Source: Parcubacteria group bacterium Gr01-1014_30 (GTDB lineage: Bacteria; Patescibacteriota; Minisyncoccia; Minisyncoccales; 2-12-FULL-40-12). From it: a DNA stretch of 64,000 nucleotides. Both the position numbers and the translations under genes were made by a program. The stretch is taken from positions 25,983-89,982 of the forward strand of contig VMFS01000003.1 in the NCBI GenBank assembly GCA_007376185.1, given 5' to 3'. Of this stretch, positions 19,571 through 29,265 are shown one piece after another. The stretch's first letter is position 1. Each line of letters opens with the position of its first letter. The notes beneath the pieces are model-generated. The model worked only from the letters and a program-made list of their open reading frames with translations, was not told the DNA's origin and did not search any database.

Positions 19571-20635
19571 ATGAAAATACTTTATGTTGCGATTAAATAT
19601 GATTACGGGAAGCCAGAAAAAGGTTACTCTTCCCATCATTATAATTTTTACAGCGCTTTGGCAAAAATGGGAGGCGGCGGAAACGATGTCATTTACTTTC
19701 CTTACGACGAAGTGATGCTGAAATTCGGAAGAGAAGAAATGAATAAGAATTTGCTGGATACGGTTTTTCAACAAAAGCCTGATTTAGTTTTCTGTTTAAT
19801 AGGTGATGATGCCATTAGAAAAGAAACAATGGGGGAAATCACCAAAGCTGGCATTACGACCATAAACTGGTGCGCCGACGACCACTGGAAGTTTTACAAC
19901 TACACCAAATACTGGCTGCCTTATTACACCTGGCAGGTGACAACAGACCCCGATATGCTGCCAGAATACGAAAAAGTCGGCTACAAAAACGTTATTTTGA
20001 GCCAGTGGGCTTGCGACCATTTTACTTACAAGCCGCAAAATTTGCCCAAAATTTATGACGTTACTTTTGTGGGAGCGGCTCACGGTACAAGAAAAAAAAT
20101 GGTGGAAAAACTGAAAAAGGCAGGCATTGAAGTTTTATGCTGGGGAGCCGGTTGGCCAAAAGGCAGGGTTTCGCAAGAAGATATGCTAAAGATTTGGGCA
20201 CAAAGCAAAATCAATCTTAACTTTGCCAAGAGTTCAGGAGTTTTGTGGAAAGAGCTTGCTTCAATATTTTTGCGCAGAAGATACGACGATAAAATTGTGC
20301 CTACTAATCCTAAATACTGGTCAGCTAACGCAAAAACCGCTTTTGCCTCCCTTACCAAAAACCAGATTAAAGGGAGAAACTTTGAGGTACCCGGCTGCAA
20401 AACTTTCTTTTTGACAGAATATGTCAGGCATTTAGAAGATTATTATGAGATTGGCAGAGAAATAGAATATTTTAGAAATATTCCAGAACTTATTGAAAAA
20501 ATAAAGTACTATTTGGTTAATGAAAAAGAAAGAGAATTTATCGCTCAGGCAGGTTATGAGAGGACAATAAAAGAGCATACTTTTGAAAAAAGATTTAATG
20601 AAATATTTAAAATTATGGGATTATCAAAACAATGA
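19571..20635 (+). CDS. CgeB-like glycosyltransferase
   Basis: NWCADD; YDVTFVG; QIKGRNFEVPGC; IAQAGYERTIKEHT. Confidence 0.8.
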   Translation: MKILYVAIKYDYGKPEKGYSSHHYNFYSALAKMGGGGNDVIYFPYDEVMLKFGREEMNKNLLDTVFQQKPDLVFCLIGDDAIRKETMGEITKAGITTINWCADDHWKFYNYTKYWLPYYTWQVTTDPDMLPEYEKVGYKNVILSQWACDHFTYKPQNLPKIYDVTFVGAAHGTRKKMVEKLKKAGIEVLCWGAGWPKGRVSQEDMLKIWAQSKINLNFAKSSGVLWKELASIFLRRRYDDKIVPTNPKYWSANAKTAFASLTKNQIKGRNFEVPGCKTFFLTEYVRHLEDYYEIGREIEYFRNIPELIEKIKYYLVNEKEREFIAQAGYERTIKEHTFEKRFNEIFKIMGLSKQ

Positions 20636-21396
20636 GTAGAAAATACCCGAAATTTATATATTTCCTATATAACTTCATAAACCCGATAATTAATCCTCAT
20701 CGGTTAGTAAAATTTATACCGGAATATCTTAATTTTTTTAAGAACTTGATTAAATATTTTAGAATGGGAGGGGCAGAAAAATTTAGTTTTTTTGATTTAA
20801 CCCCTTCTCTTTATGAGAGAACGCCAAGTTCGGGATTTGACCGCCATTATTTTTACCAAGACATCTGGGCTGCAAGAAGGATAATTAAAAGTCAGGTCAA
20901 ACGTCATATTGACGTTGGCTCTAGAGTGGATTTTGTGGGTTTTTTATCTGCGGTTTGCAAAGTAACTTTTGTTGACATTCGTCCTTTAGAAGTAAATTTA
21001 AAAAATTTTGAATCAGTGAAAGGCAATATTATATCTTTGCCTTTCAAAGATAATTCTATTCCATCACTTTCTTGCCTGCATGTAGCCGAACACATTGGAC
21101 TTGGCAGGTATGGAGACAAACTAGACCCCAAAGGGACAGAGAGGGCTTGCCGAGAACTTACCAGGGTTTTGGCGAAGGGAGGCAATTTATATTTTTCTTT
21201 GCCAGTTGGCAAACCAAAATTGTGTTTCAACGCGCACAGGATTCACTCGCCTGAACAAATTCTTCAGTATTTTAGCGGCTTAAAATTGGTTGAACTTTCA
21301 GGAGTTAATGACAAAGGCATATTCAGAGAAAAGATTGCCGTTGACCGGCTGAAAAATGAAAATTATGCCTGCGGCCTATTTTGGTTTAAAAAATGA
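20632..21396 (+). CDS. DUF268-like putative methyltransferase
   Basis: HYFYQDIWA; HIDVGSR; HVAEHIGLGRYGD; FNAHR. Confidence 0.75.
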   Translation: MSRKYPKFIYFLYNFINPIINPHRLVKFIPEYLNFFKNLIKYFRMGGAEKFSFFDLTPSLYERTPSSGFDRHYFYQDIWAARRIIKSQVKRHIDVGSRVDFVGFLSAVCKVTFVDIRPLEVNLKNFESVKGNIISLPFKDNSIPSLSCLHVAEHIGLGRYGDKLDPKGTERACRELTRVLAKGGNLYFSLPVGKPKLCFNAHRIHSPEQILQYFSGLKLVELSGVNDKGIFREKIAVDRLKNENYACGLFWFKK

Positions 21397-22883
21397 AGCA
21401 TCAGCTCAATGTTTTCAAAACGGAGTTAAGGGAAAGAGGTCTATTTTATGCTTTGAAAAAGGCAGTGCTTTATTTATTGCGGCCAATTACCGATTTAATG
21501 AAGACAAGCACATTTTTGGTAAACTTGCGGTATGGAGTTTTGCCTAATCTGTTATCAAAAATCACGTTTCATCAAGATAATCTGCTACTAAAACTCCCGC
21601 AAACCGATTTAGTTCGCGCCGTGCGGAACTTTTGGTATGGAAGTATTCTCGACAGGTTTGTTCTTGAAGGAGAGGAAATTAAAAAAGAAGAAATTTTTAC
21701 TTACGGAGGACCTAACCCCGAATTTAGTTGCCCAATTTGCCAAAAGGCAGAGTGGGTGTCAAGAATCAGACAAGAAAATTTATTTTTAGATCATTCTTGT
21801 CCAAGTTCTGAAAAATGCAGGAAATTGTGCGAAAAGCAAGGCAATGATTTATGGACTCACTTTCACCAGAATTTTGATTTTTCTTTGGGTTGCTCCGCTG
21901 ACTTGCCGGCTCCCAAAGGCGTTTACGTCCTTTTTGGGAAACTGGATATGTTTCACGCTCTTCGTTTGGAACCAATGGAGAGAATTTTTCATCGCCAATT
22001 TGCTTTTGCTTGTCAGCTTGATATAGCAGAAGGGCCTTTTGGCATTGACTGGAAAAAATATGATTTTATGTTTATGTATCTTCCGGGAGCCGTGCCCAAA
22101 TTTAAACGTCCACCAATTCCAGTAATTCTTTTCGCTCACGATTTTTGGCGAGAACCCAAAGCCAGTCAGTGGGTATTGGACTGGTTGGAGCCAGAGGTCT
22201 TTTTAACTACTTACCCAACTCAATTTAAAGAAAATTATCGTTTTCCAAAAAATACCAAAGTTGTATTTCACCCCATGTTTACGTCAAATTTCTTTACCAG
22301 ACCCAATCTTTCTCAAAAATCAATTGATTTGCTTTCAGTGGGGAACACCAAGGGGCCTCTTTATCAAGGAAGGAGAAACTTGAATATGCAATTGCAAAAA
22401 TTTAAAGAACAATACCCCTCATATAAACTTGAATTTTCGCACATTGTGGGCACTCTTAAGCCGAATGAGCAAGAGGGACTTGAATACACCGATTCTCAAG
22501 GCAACCAAATAAGATATTTAAATAAATGGTCAGAATACTTGGGAACTGCAAAATATGTTATTTTCGGCAAAATGAAATATCCTATTTTGGTCGGTAAATA
22601 TTACGAAACCTTGGGGTCTGGCGCCATACCCATTTTCCCTGAAGTGCCCGACTTGAAACTTTTGGGAGTAAAACCCTTTGAACACTATATTCCCTTAGCT
22701 GAAATTGAAGGAAATTCAGAAAGATTAAAATATTTTTTAGATAATTACGAAAAATTCAAGTATATTGGCAAAAATGCGGTAAAATGGTATAAAGATAATT
22801 CAGATAAGATGCTTTTTGCCGGTTTTGAGGGCTCAATTAGAGAAGTTACCAATTATAAATTTCCAAAAAGATTAGTTCGCTGA
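21393..22883 (+). CDS. Glycosyltransferase-like protein with N-terminal Cys-rich region
   Basis: C-terminal KYYETLGSG...PFEHYIP...IGKNA similar to Glyco_trans_1_2; stop codon supplied by a repeat. Confidence 0.55.
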   Translation: MKHQLNVFKTELRERGLFYALKKAVLYLLRPITDLMKTSTFLVNLRYGVLPNLLSKITFHQDNLLLKLPQTDLVRAVRNFWYGSILDRFVLEGEEIKKEEIFTYGGPNPEFSCPICQKAEWVSRIRQENLFLDHSCPSSEKCRKLCEKQGNDLWTHFHQNFDFSLGCSADLPAPKGVYVLFGKLDMFHALRLEPMERIFHRQFAFACQLDIAEGPFGIDWKKYDFMFMYLPGAVPKFKRPPIPVILFAHDFWREPKASQWVLDWLEPEVFLTTYPTQFKENYRFPKNTKVVFHPMFTSNFFTRPNLSQKSIDLLSVGNTKGPLYQGRRNLNMQLQKFKEQYPSYKLEFSHIVGTLKPNEQEGLEYTDSQGNQIRYLNKWSEYLGTAKYVIFGKMKYPILVGKYYETLGSGAIPIFPEVPDLKLLGVKPFEHYIPLAEIEGNSERLKYFLDNYEKFKYIGKNAVKWYKDNSDKMLFAGFEGSIREVTNYKFPKRLVR

Positions 22884-22928
22884 AACTTCGTTTCCTCTCA
22901 CGTTTAGTTTCGCTTAGCAAAACTCAAC
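22877..22928. repeat. TCGCTGARACTTCG-family repeat supplying the TGA stop
   Basis: TCGCTGAAACTTCGTTTCCT; similar starts at 12879, 39546, 40087 and on the minus strand at 30615. Confidence 0.7.
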
Positions 22929-22930
22929 TT

Positions 22931-23860
22931 ATGAATACAAATAAAAAAATCCTTGTTACTGGGGTTTTGGGAACCATTGGCATGCCGCTTTGGGAAGAGC
23001 TTAGAAAAAGAGGATACCAGGTTTTTGGCTGTGACCTCCGTCATTATCATGACCCCGAGTATTTGAGATGCGATGTAAGTGAGTATCGGCAGCTGGACAG
23101 AATTTTCAGCGAGCATAAATTTGATTATGTTTACCATATGGCTGCTGAATTCGGCAGAAAAGGCGGTGAAGACTTTTATGAGTCCTTGTGGAAGACAAAT
23201 GCCGTTGGCACGAAAAACATACTAAGGGCGCAAGAGAAATACAAATTCAGGTTGATTTATCCGAGCAGTTCAGAGGTTTACGGCACCGCCTATTCAGGAG
23301 TTATGACCGAAGACGTGCCGCAAAAGGTTGCTGTTCGCTTGGGCAACGATTACGGCATGTCAAAGTGGGTCAATGAAATGCAGATTATGAATTCCATGGA
23401 AAAGTTTGGCACGGAAACAGTAAGAGTTCGCTTTTCCAATGTTTACGGACCCGGAGAATATTACAGCGATTACCGCAGCGTTATCTGTATTTTTATCTAC
23501 AGAACTCTGCACAATTTGCCTTATACCGTTTATAGTAACGACAAAAGGGCATTTCTTTACATAGATGACGCGGTGCGCACGTTCGCCAATATATGTGAAA
23601 GATTCAAATCAGGAGAAGTTTACAACATCAGCAACAGGGATTTGGTAGATATGAAGCAGGTTTCAGACATAATTATCAAAATACTTGGCAAAGATGACCG
23701 GCTTATTGAGTACAAAGAGATAGACGCTACGGCCACTTTGGTTAAAGACCTTGATAACTCAAAGGCCTTGCGCGATTTGGACCACAAAAAAACGATTTCT
23801 TTGGAAGAAGGATTGGACCAAACCATAGAATGGCAGAAAAAAGTTTATGGAATTAGTTGA
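22931..23860 (+). CDS. NAD-dependent epimerase/dehydratase
   Basis: GVLGTIG; AAEFGR; SSSEVYG; YGMSK. Confidence 0.8.
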   Translation: MNTNKKILVTGVLGTIGMPLWEELRKRGYQVFGCDLRHYHDPEYLRCDVSEYRQLDRIFSEHKFDYVYHMAAEFGRKGGEDFYESLWKTNAVGTKNILRAQEKYKFRLIYPSSSEVYGTAYSGVMTEDVPQKVAVRLGNDYGMSKWVNEMQIMNSMEKFGTETVRVRFSNVYGPGEYYSDYRSVICIFIYRTLHNLPYTVYSNDKRAFLYIDDAVRTFANICERFKSGEVYNISNRDLVDMKQVSDIIIKILGKDDRLIEYKEIDATATLVKDLDNSKALRDLDHKKTISLEEGLDQTIEWQKKVYGIS

Positions 23861-25106
23861 ACTTTACAGCAATTTAGAAAAATACTTTAGGGAAAGTGAC
23901 CACAAAGAAAGGCATCCCGCAAAGTTCCGTGTTCCCATAGGCGGCAGTTTTTATGATGAAAAGGAAGTAAAGGCGGTTTTGGAATGCTATCTGAATGGAT
24001 GGCTATCAACGCAAATTAAAGTGGTTGAGTTTGAAAAAATCTTTTCCGATTATATTGGCGCTCGCCATGCCGTAGCAGTCAATTCAGGAACGTCGGCTAA
24101 TATTTTGGCGCTAAATGCGTTGATGGAAGCAGGGGACTTAAAAAAAGGAGATGAAGTCATTGTTCCTGCCACCACTTTTGTCACCGTTGTCAGCCCTGTG
24201 GTTCAACTTGGTATGGTTCCTGTATATGTGGACGTTGAAAAAAATAGCTTGAACATTGACCCAAAAGAAGTTGAAAGAGCGATTAATCGTGAAAAGACCA
24301 AAGCCATAATGGTGGTTCATACTTTGGGCAGGCCGGCCCAAATGGATAAAATTATGGAGATTGCCAAAAAATACAATCTTAAAGTTATTGAGGATTGTTG
24401 CGAAGCTCACGGCGCTGCTTTCAAAGATAAAAAGGTCGGCACATTTGGAGACTTGGCAACTTTCAGTTTTTATGTCGCCCACAACATAACTACAGGCGAG
24501 GGGGGCACTTTGCTTACAAATTCAGACAAATACCATCAAATTGCCGCAGAGTTAAGAGAGTTTGGTCGCTTTAAGTCCTACCAAGGAGAACGGTTCGGTT
24601 ATTCTGACGAAAAGCTCAAAGATTACGATGAAAGATATGTCTTTCACAGAATAGGTTATAACTTCCGCATGGCTGACGCGCCTGCTGCCTTTGGGATTGA
24701 ACAGGTAAAAAAATTGGATATGCTTAACGAAAAAAGAATCCAGAATGCCAAATTTTACACAGACAATTTTGACGACGAACTTAAAAAAGTTTTCCAATTT
24801 CCATCTCTTGATGACTCTGATTTTTTTCAGGTATTTTACGCTTTCCCTATTGTTATTAAGTCAGATGCGCAAATATCAAGGACAAAGGCAGTTAGATATC
24901 TTGAATCAAAAGGTATAGAAACCAGAGCTTTATTTTGCAGCAGCTTGCCAGACCAGCCATGTTTTAAAAATGCTCCTGGCAGAACAGCAGGTTTATTGCC
25001 AGTAAGTCGTTTCTTAAGAGACAACGCTTTTTTTATTGGCTGTCACCCAGGCATAAATGAAAATGATTTGTCTTATGTTATTGAAACGTTAAAAAAGAGC
25101 ATTTAG
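23847..25106 (+). CDS. DegT-family PLP enzyme, RfbH/ColD-like 3-dehydrase
   Basis: VNSGTSAN; IEDCCEAHG; SFYVAHNITTGEGG with His at the usual Lys position. Confidence 0.8.
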   Translation: MELVELYSNLEKYFRESDHKERHPAKFRVPIGGSFYDEKEVKAVLECYLNGWLSTQIKVVEFEKIFSDYIGARHAVAVNSGTSANILALNALMEAGDLKKGDEVIVPATTFVTVVSPVVQLGMVPVYVDVEKNSLNIDPKEVERAINREKTKAIMVVHTLGRPAQMDKIMEIAKKYNLKVIEDCCEAHGAAFKDKKVGTFGDLATFSFYVAHNITTGEGGTLLTNSDKYHQIAAELREFGRFKSYQGERFGYSDEKLKDYDERYVFHRIGYNFRMADAPAAFGIEQVKKLDMLNEKRIQNAKFYTDNFDDELKKVFQFPSLDDSDFFQVFYAFPIVIKSDAQISRTKAVRYLESKGIETRALFCSSLPDQPCFKNAPGRTAGLLPVSRFLRDNAFFIGCHPGINENDLSYVIETLKKSI

Positions 25107-25116
25107 CTTCGAAATA

Positions 25117-25150
25117 GTCAGAAGAGATAAATCTCTTCCTTATTTTCGCT
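25117..25150 (-). repeat. 34-nt AGCGAA...GAAGAGATTTATCTCTTC.GAC module
   Basis: Near-identical to 12638-12671 and 44854-44887 (reverse complement). Confidence 0.85.
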
Positions 25151-25162
25151 AACACTTGATAA

Positions 25163-26284
25163 ATGAAATTCAAAAAAAAGAAAATTGCAATTGTCGCAGG
25201 CGCGAGACCAAACTTTGTGAAAATAGCGCAGCTAGTGTCTATTTTGCGAAAGCATAGGTTTTTTGACTATAAGCTTTTCCATACCGGCCAGCACTTTGAT
25301 TTTGAGATGTCGCAGGTTTTTTTTCAGGACTTAAAGATTCCAAAGCCGCATTTTAATCTTAATATTCGCTCAGGCAAGCATCCTTTTACCACGCAGATTG
25401 CCCTCATAAAGAAAAGACTCCAGGAGCATTTTAACAAAGAGCAGCCAGACCTTTGTTTAGTTTTTGGTGATGCAAACTCAGCAATCGGCGGAGCTCTGGC
25501 GGCTCATACTCTCGATATACCTGTTGGGCACATTGAAGCAGGTTTAAGGAGTTTTGACCGCACCATGTCAGAAGAATCAAATCGTTTAGTTACCGACCTT
25601 TTATCAAGATTTCTTTTTACGCATTCTGAAAGCGCCAACAAGAATCTTTCAAAAGAAGGACACTCAACTTCAAAAATGTTTTTTGTCGGCAATACTATGA
25701 TTGACGCTTTGGTGCGCCATAAAAAGGAAATTGCTAAGAGAAAGGTTGCTCAAAAGTTGGGATTTAAGCCAAAAGAATATGGAGTTCTTACCTTGCACCG
25801 CTATAACAACACAGATATCAAACCTGTATTAGATGATATTTTACAAGCAATCTTGATGATGCAAACAGAATTGCCTCTGGTATTCCCAATTCACCCTTCA
25901 ACCAAAGAAAGAATTTCTTTTTTCTCGCCTCACTTTTTTAAACAGTTAAAGTTTGCCAGAAATCTTCATATTTCAGAGCCCGTTGGGTATCTTGACTCCA
26001 TCTCGCTCTTAAAAGATGCAAAAATTGTCTTAACCGACTCTGGCGGCGTTCAAGAAGAAACAACTTTTCTTGGAGTTCCTTGTGTAACCCTGAGGCAAAA
26101 CACAGAGAGACCCATTACCGTGACAGCTGGCACCAACGTTATTGGAGGAATTACCAAAGACCAGATTCTTTCTGAATTCGGCGAGATGATGCAAAAGCCA
26201 AAAAAGAGGAAAAAAATTCCTCCTTTATGGGACGGTAAAGCTTCTCTAAGAATTGTAAGAGTTTTAGAGAAGAAGTTGTTATGA
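25163..26284 (+). CDS. wecB: UDP-N-acetylglucosamine 2-epimerase (non-hydrolysing)
   Basis: GARPNFVK; HTGQH; HIEAGLRS; TDSGGVQEE; TERP. Confidence 0.9.
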   Translation: MKFKKKKIAIVAGARPNFVKIAQLVSILRKHRFFDYKLFHTGQHFDFEMSQVFFQDLKIPKPHFNLNIRSGKHPFTTQIALIKKRLQEHFNKEQPDLCLVFGDANSAIGGALAAHTLDIPVGHIEAGLRSFDRTMSEESNRLVTDLLSRFLFTHSESANKNLSKEGHSTSKMFFVGNTMIDALVRHKKEIAKRKVAQKLGFKPKEYGVLTLHRYNNTDIKPVLDDILQAILMMQTELPLVFPIHPSTKERISFFSPHFFKQLKFARNLHISEPVGYLDSISLLKDAKIVLTDSGGVQEETTFLGVPCVTLRQNTERPITVTAGTNVIGGITKDQILSEFGEMMQKPKKRKKIPPLWDGKASLRIVRVLEKKLL

Positions 26285-27528
26285 AGAGGGTCTTAATCAT
26301 TTCTTATCATTTCCCTCCGGTGAACAATGTAAACGCGCGAAGATTTGGAGAGATGGCGCACCTTATGAGAGATTTTGGCTGGGAACCTTTTGTGGTTACT
26401 ACAAACAGCAAGGGGACTTTACCGCTGAAAATTTCAGAAAAGAATGTTATTAGAGTTGGCAAGAACTATTATAGCGAAGATGAATTAGTCGCAAAAGAAG
26501 GTTACAAAGGTGTTCCTTTATTTTTAAAGCTCCCATATTTTTTATACAGGGTTTTAAGAATGGAAATTTGGAGCTTAGATAGATTTATTTTTAGCTGGGG
26601 TAAAGAAGTTCGCAAGAAAAATGAGTTTATAAAGTTGCAAAGCCCAGATTTAATAATCGGAACTGGTTATCCTCCTGTTGGCATCTGGCTGGCAAAATTT
26701 TTTTCCAAAGAACTGAAAAAACCTTGGATCGCAGATCTTCATGATCCGCTTTCTCTTTGGAACAACTCCAAATTCTTACTTTGGCAACTTATTGATAGAA
26801 TAATTGACAAGAATCTTTTACAAAGCGCATCAGCGATAACAACACTTGGCAGAAAGTTAGCCAATCAAATGGGAAAACTTTACAAAAGAGATGTGAAGGT
26901 TATATATAACGGCTTCGAGGAAATAGATCAGGAAGATGAAGCGATAGAGGAAAATCCAAGGAAAGAAAAAATTTTATACTATGCCGGCCGTTTTCATGAA
27001 CACCGCATGAAAGCTGCTCGTTTGTTTATTGGATGGTTGTCGCAAAATAAGGAAGAGAATGTAAAGTTTACGTTAAGGTCGCTTGGGCCAAAAGAAGCAA
27101 ATGAGGAATTGCTTGAGTATGCTAAAGAAAAAAAGGTTTTAGACAAGATTGAGCTTTTACCTCCGGCTGACTTGAAAACCGTTTCACAAGAGGAAAGAAA
27201 AGCCGACGTCCTTTTGCTCTTTGAAGATTTAAAAAAAACTAGAAGGAATTTTGAAAGTACGCTACCTGCTAAACTTATGGAATATCTTGCCAAAGAAGCG
27301 CAAATTGTGGCCATTGCCAGGGGAGATTCTGAAATAGGCGAGATTTTAGCTGAGACAAAAAGGGGGTATCTTGTTTCAGATTTTTCACAACTTGGAGCGG
27401 TATTAAAAAAAATCTTTTCTGGAAACTTTCACCCTTTTCAAAAAAATCTTGTTGAAAAATATTCAAGGCGGAAGCAGTGCGAAATTTTATGTAAAATCTT
27501 TGATGATGTTTATGCAAGACACCATTGA
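26281..27528 (+). CDS. GT4-like glycosyltransferase
   Basis: ISYHFPP; PWIADLHDP; IYNGF; PAKLMEYL. Confidence 0.75.
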   Translation: MKRVLIISYHFPPVNNVNARRFGEMAHLMRDFGWEPFVVTTNSKGTLPLKISEKNVIRVGKNYYSEDELVAKEGYKGVPLFLKLPYFLYRVLRMEIWSLDRFIFSWGKEVRKKNEFIKLQSPDLIIGTGYPPVGIWLAKFFSKELKKPWIADLHDPLSLWNNSKFLLWQLIDRIIDKNLLQSASAITTLGRKLANQMGKLYKRDVKVIYNGFEEIDQEDEAIEENPRKEKILYYAGRFHEHRMKAARLFIGWLSQNKEENVKFTLRSLGPKEANEELLEYAKEKKVLDKIELLPPADLKTVSQEERKADVLLLFEDLKKTRRNFESTLPAKLMEYLAKEAQIVAIARGDSEIGEILAETKRGYLVSDFSQLGAVLKKIFSGNFHPFQKNLVEKYSRRKQCEILCKIFDDVYARHH

Positions 27529-28333
27529 AAAAGTTAAAGAGTACTGGAACTCAAGGCCCTGCAATATAAAACATTCGCCAAGTCCCATTGGGACTAAGCA
27601 GTATTTTGACGAGGTGGAAGCCAGAAAATATTTTGTGGAGCCTCATATTCCCATTTTTACCGATTTTTCCAGGTGGCGAGGCAAAAAAGTTTTAGAAATC
27701 GGATGCGGTATAGGAACAGACACCATTAGCTTTGCTCGTGAGGGCGCTGAAGTTACCGCTGTTGAACTTTCTGAAAAATCTTTGGCTTTGGCTAAAACAA
27801 GAGCCAAAGTTTACAATTTAGAAAGCAAAATAAAATTTTATTTGGGCAATGCCGAACAACTATCCAAGTTTGTTCCGGTTGAGCCTTACGACTTGATTTA
27901 TTCTTTTGGAGTAATACATCATACTCCGAATCCGGAAAAGATTATGGAAGAAATAAAAAAATACGCTAAAGCAGGCACAGTCGTTAAAATAATGGTATAT
28001 CATAAGTACTCTTTTAAGGTTCTTTGGATTTTGTTTAGTTTTGGCAAAGGAGCTTTTTGGAAAATAAACGGATTGGTGGTTCGCTATTCAGAAGCAAAAG
28101 AACACAGCCCGGTTACTTACACCTACTCCAAAAAAGAGGCAAAAGAATTGATGAAAGGTTTCAAAATAACAGATATGTCTGTAGAACACATCTTCCCTTA
28201 TAAAATTTCAGACTATATTAAATATAAATACACAAAGGTCTGGTATTTTCGTTTTCTCCCAAAAAGTTTTTTCCGCCAGCTGGAAAGACATTTCGGCTGG
28301 CATCTTTTAATAACGGCAGTCGGAAGAGAATAG
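27512..28333 (+). CDS. Class I SAM-dependent methyltransferase
   Basis: VLEIGCGIG; YSFGVIHHTP. Confidence 0.85.
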   Translation: MQDTIEKVKEYWNSRPCNIKHSPSPIGTKQYFDEVEARKYFVEPHIPIFTDFSRWRGKKVLEIGCGIGTDTISFAREGAEVTAVELSEKSLALAKTRAKVYNLESKIKFYLGNAEQLSKFVPVEPYDLIYSFGVIHHTPNPEKIMEEIKKYAKAGTVVKIMVYHKYSFKVLWILFSFGKGAFWKINGLVVRYSEAKEHSPVTYTYSKKEAKELMKGFKITDMSVEHIFPYKISDYIKYKYTKVWYFRFLPKSFFRQLERHFGWHLLITAVGRE

Positions 28334-28355
28334 AATTCTCTTCCTCGCCTTCGCT
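28319..28355 (-). repeat. Variant of the AGCGAA...GAAGAG hairpin module; supplies the TAG stop
   Basis: GGAAGAGAAT-AGA-ATTCTCTTCC followed by TCGCCTTCGCT. Confidence 0.75.
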
Positions 28356-28377
28356 TCCATAGCTGGAAGTTTGGTAA

Positions 28378-29265
28378 ATGTTGACCATTTTTACAACAAC
28401 AAAGCCATCAATAGGAGAAATTGGCTTCATTCAGAGAAATGCGATTAATAGCTGGCGGTTGTTGAGGCCCAAGCCACAGATACTTTTATTTGACAACGAA
28501 AAGGGCGCAAAAAAACTGGCAAAAGACCTTAAAATAACTCACGTTCCGGAGGTTCGAAAAAACGAATACGGCACGCCGCTGGTTAGAGATATTTTTGAGA
28601 AGGCTCAAAGTTTGGCCAAGAACAGGATTTTGGCGTATGTTAACGCCGACATTATTTTAATGCAGGATTTTATGGAGGCGATTTCAAGGATAAAGTTTGA
28701 TAAATTTGTTCTTGTCGGCCAGAGAAGGGACATTGACATCAAAAAGAATATAAGATTTCAGAAAGGCTGGCGGGAAAAGTTACGCAAGATTGTTGCCAAA
28801 GAAAGCAAGCTTCACGGGCCTTCAGGCATAGATTATTTTGTTTTCCCAAAAGGTTTTTTTTCAAACATACCTAATTTTGCTTTGGGGAGAACTCTTTGGG
28901 ACAACTGGTTTTTGTACAAAGCTTGGATTTCGGGCGCTACTTTGATAGACGCGACCGAAGTTATAACGGCCATTCACCAAAATCACAAAGTTCACCTGCC
29001 CCGAGGGCATAAAAAAAACGTCTGGAAGGGACCTGAAGCTAAAATGAATCAAACGTTAGCCGGCGGGCTATCTCGCGCTTTCACAATCAGGGACTGCTCC
29101 AAACTTTTGACAAAAGAAGGTTTAGAAAATCCCAAGGTCGATTTTTACAGAATCTTTTCCGCGCCTTTCCGTTACTACGACAAGCTGCCAGCTTTAAAGC
29201 CGTTTTTGTTCTTTGGCTGGCTAGTTTTCTTAATATGGCGAAAAATAAAGATAATCAAAACTTAA
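28378..29265 (+). CDS. GT-A fold glycosyltransferase-like protein
   Basis: QRNAINSW; YVNADII; DYFVF; WDNW; HQNH. Confidence 0.65.
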   Translation: MLTIFTTTKPSIGEIGFIQRNAINSWRLLRPKPQILLFDNEKGAKKLAKDLKITHVPEVRKNEYGTPLVRDIFEKAQSLAKNRILAYVNADIILMQDFMEAISRIKFDKFVLVGQRRDIDIKKNIRFQKGWREKLRKIVAKESKLHGPSGIDYFVFPKGFFSNIPNFALGRTLWDNWFLYKAWISGATLIDATEVITAIHQNHKVHLPRGHKKNVWKGPEAKMNQTLAGGLSRAFTIRDCSKLLTKEGLENPKVDFYRIFSAPFRYYDKLPALKPFLFFGWLVFLIWRKIKIIKT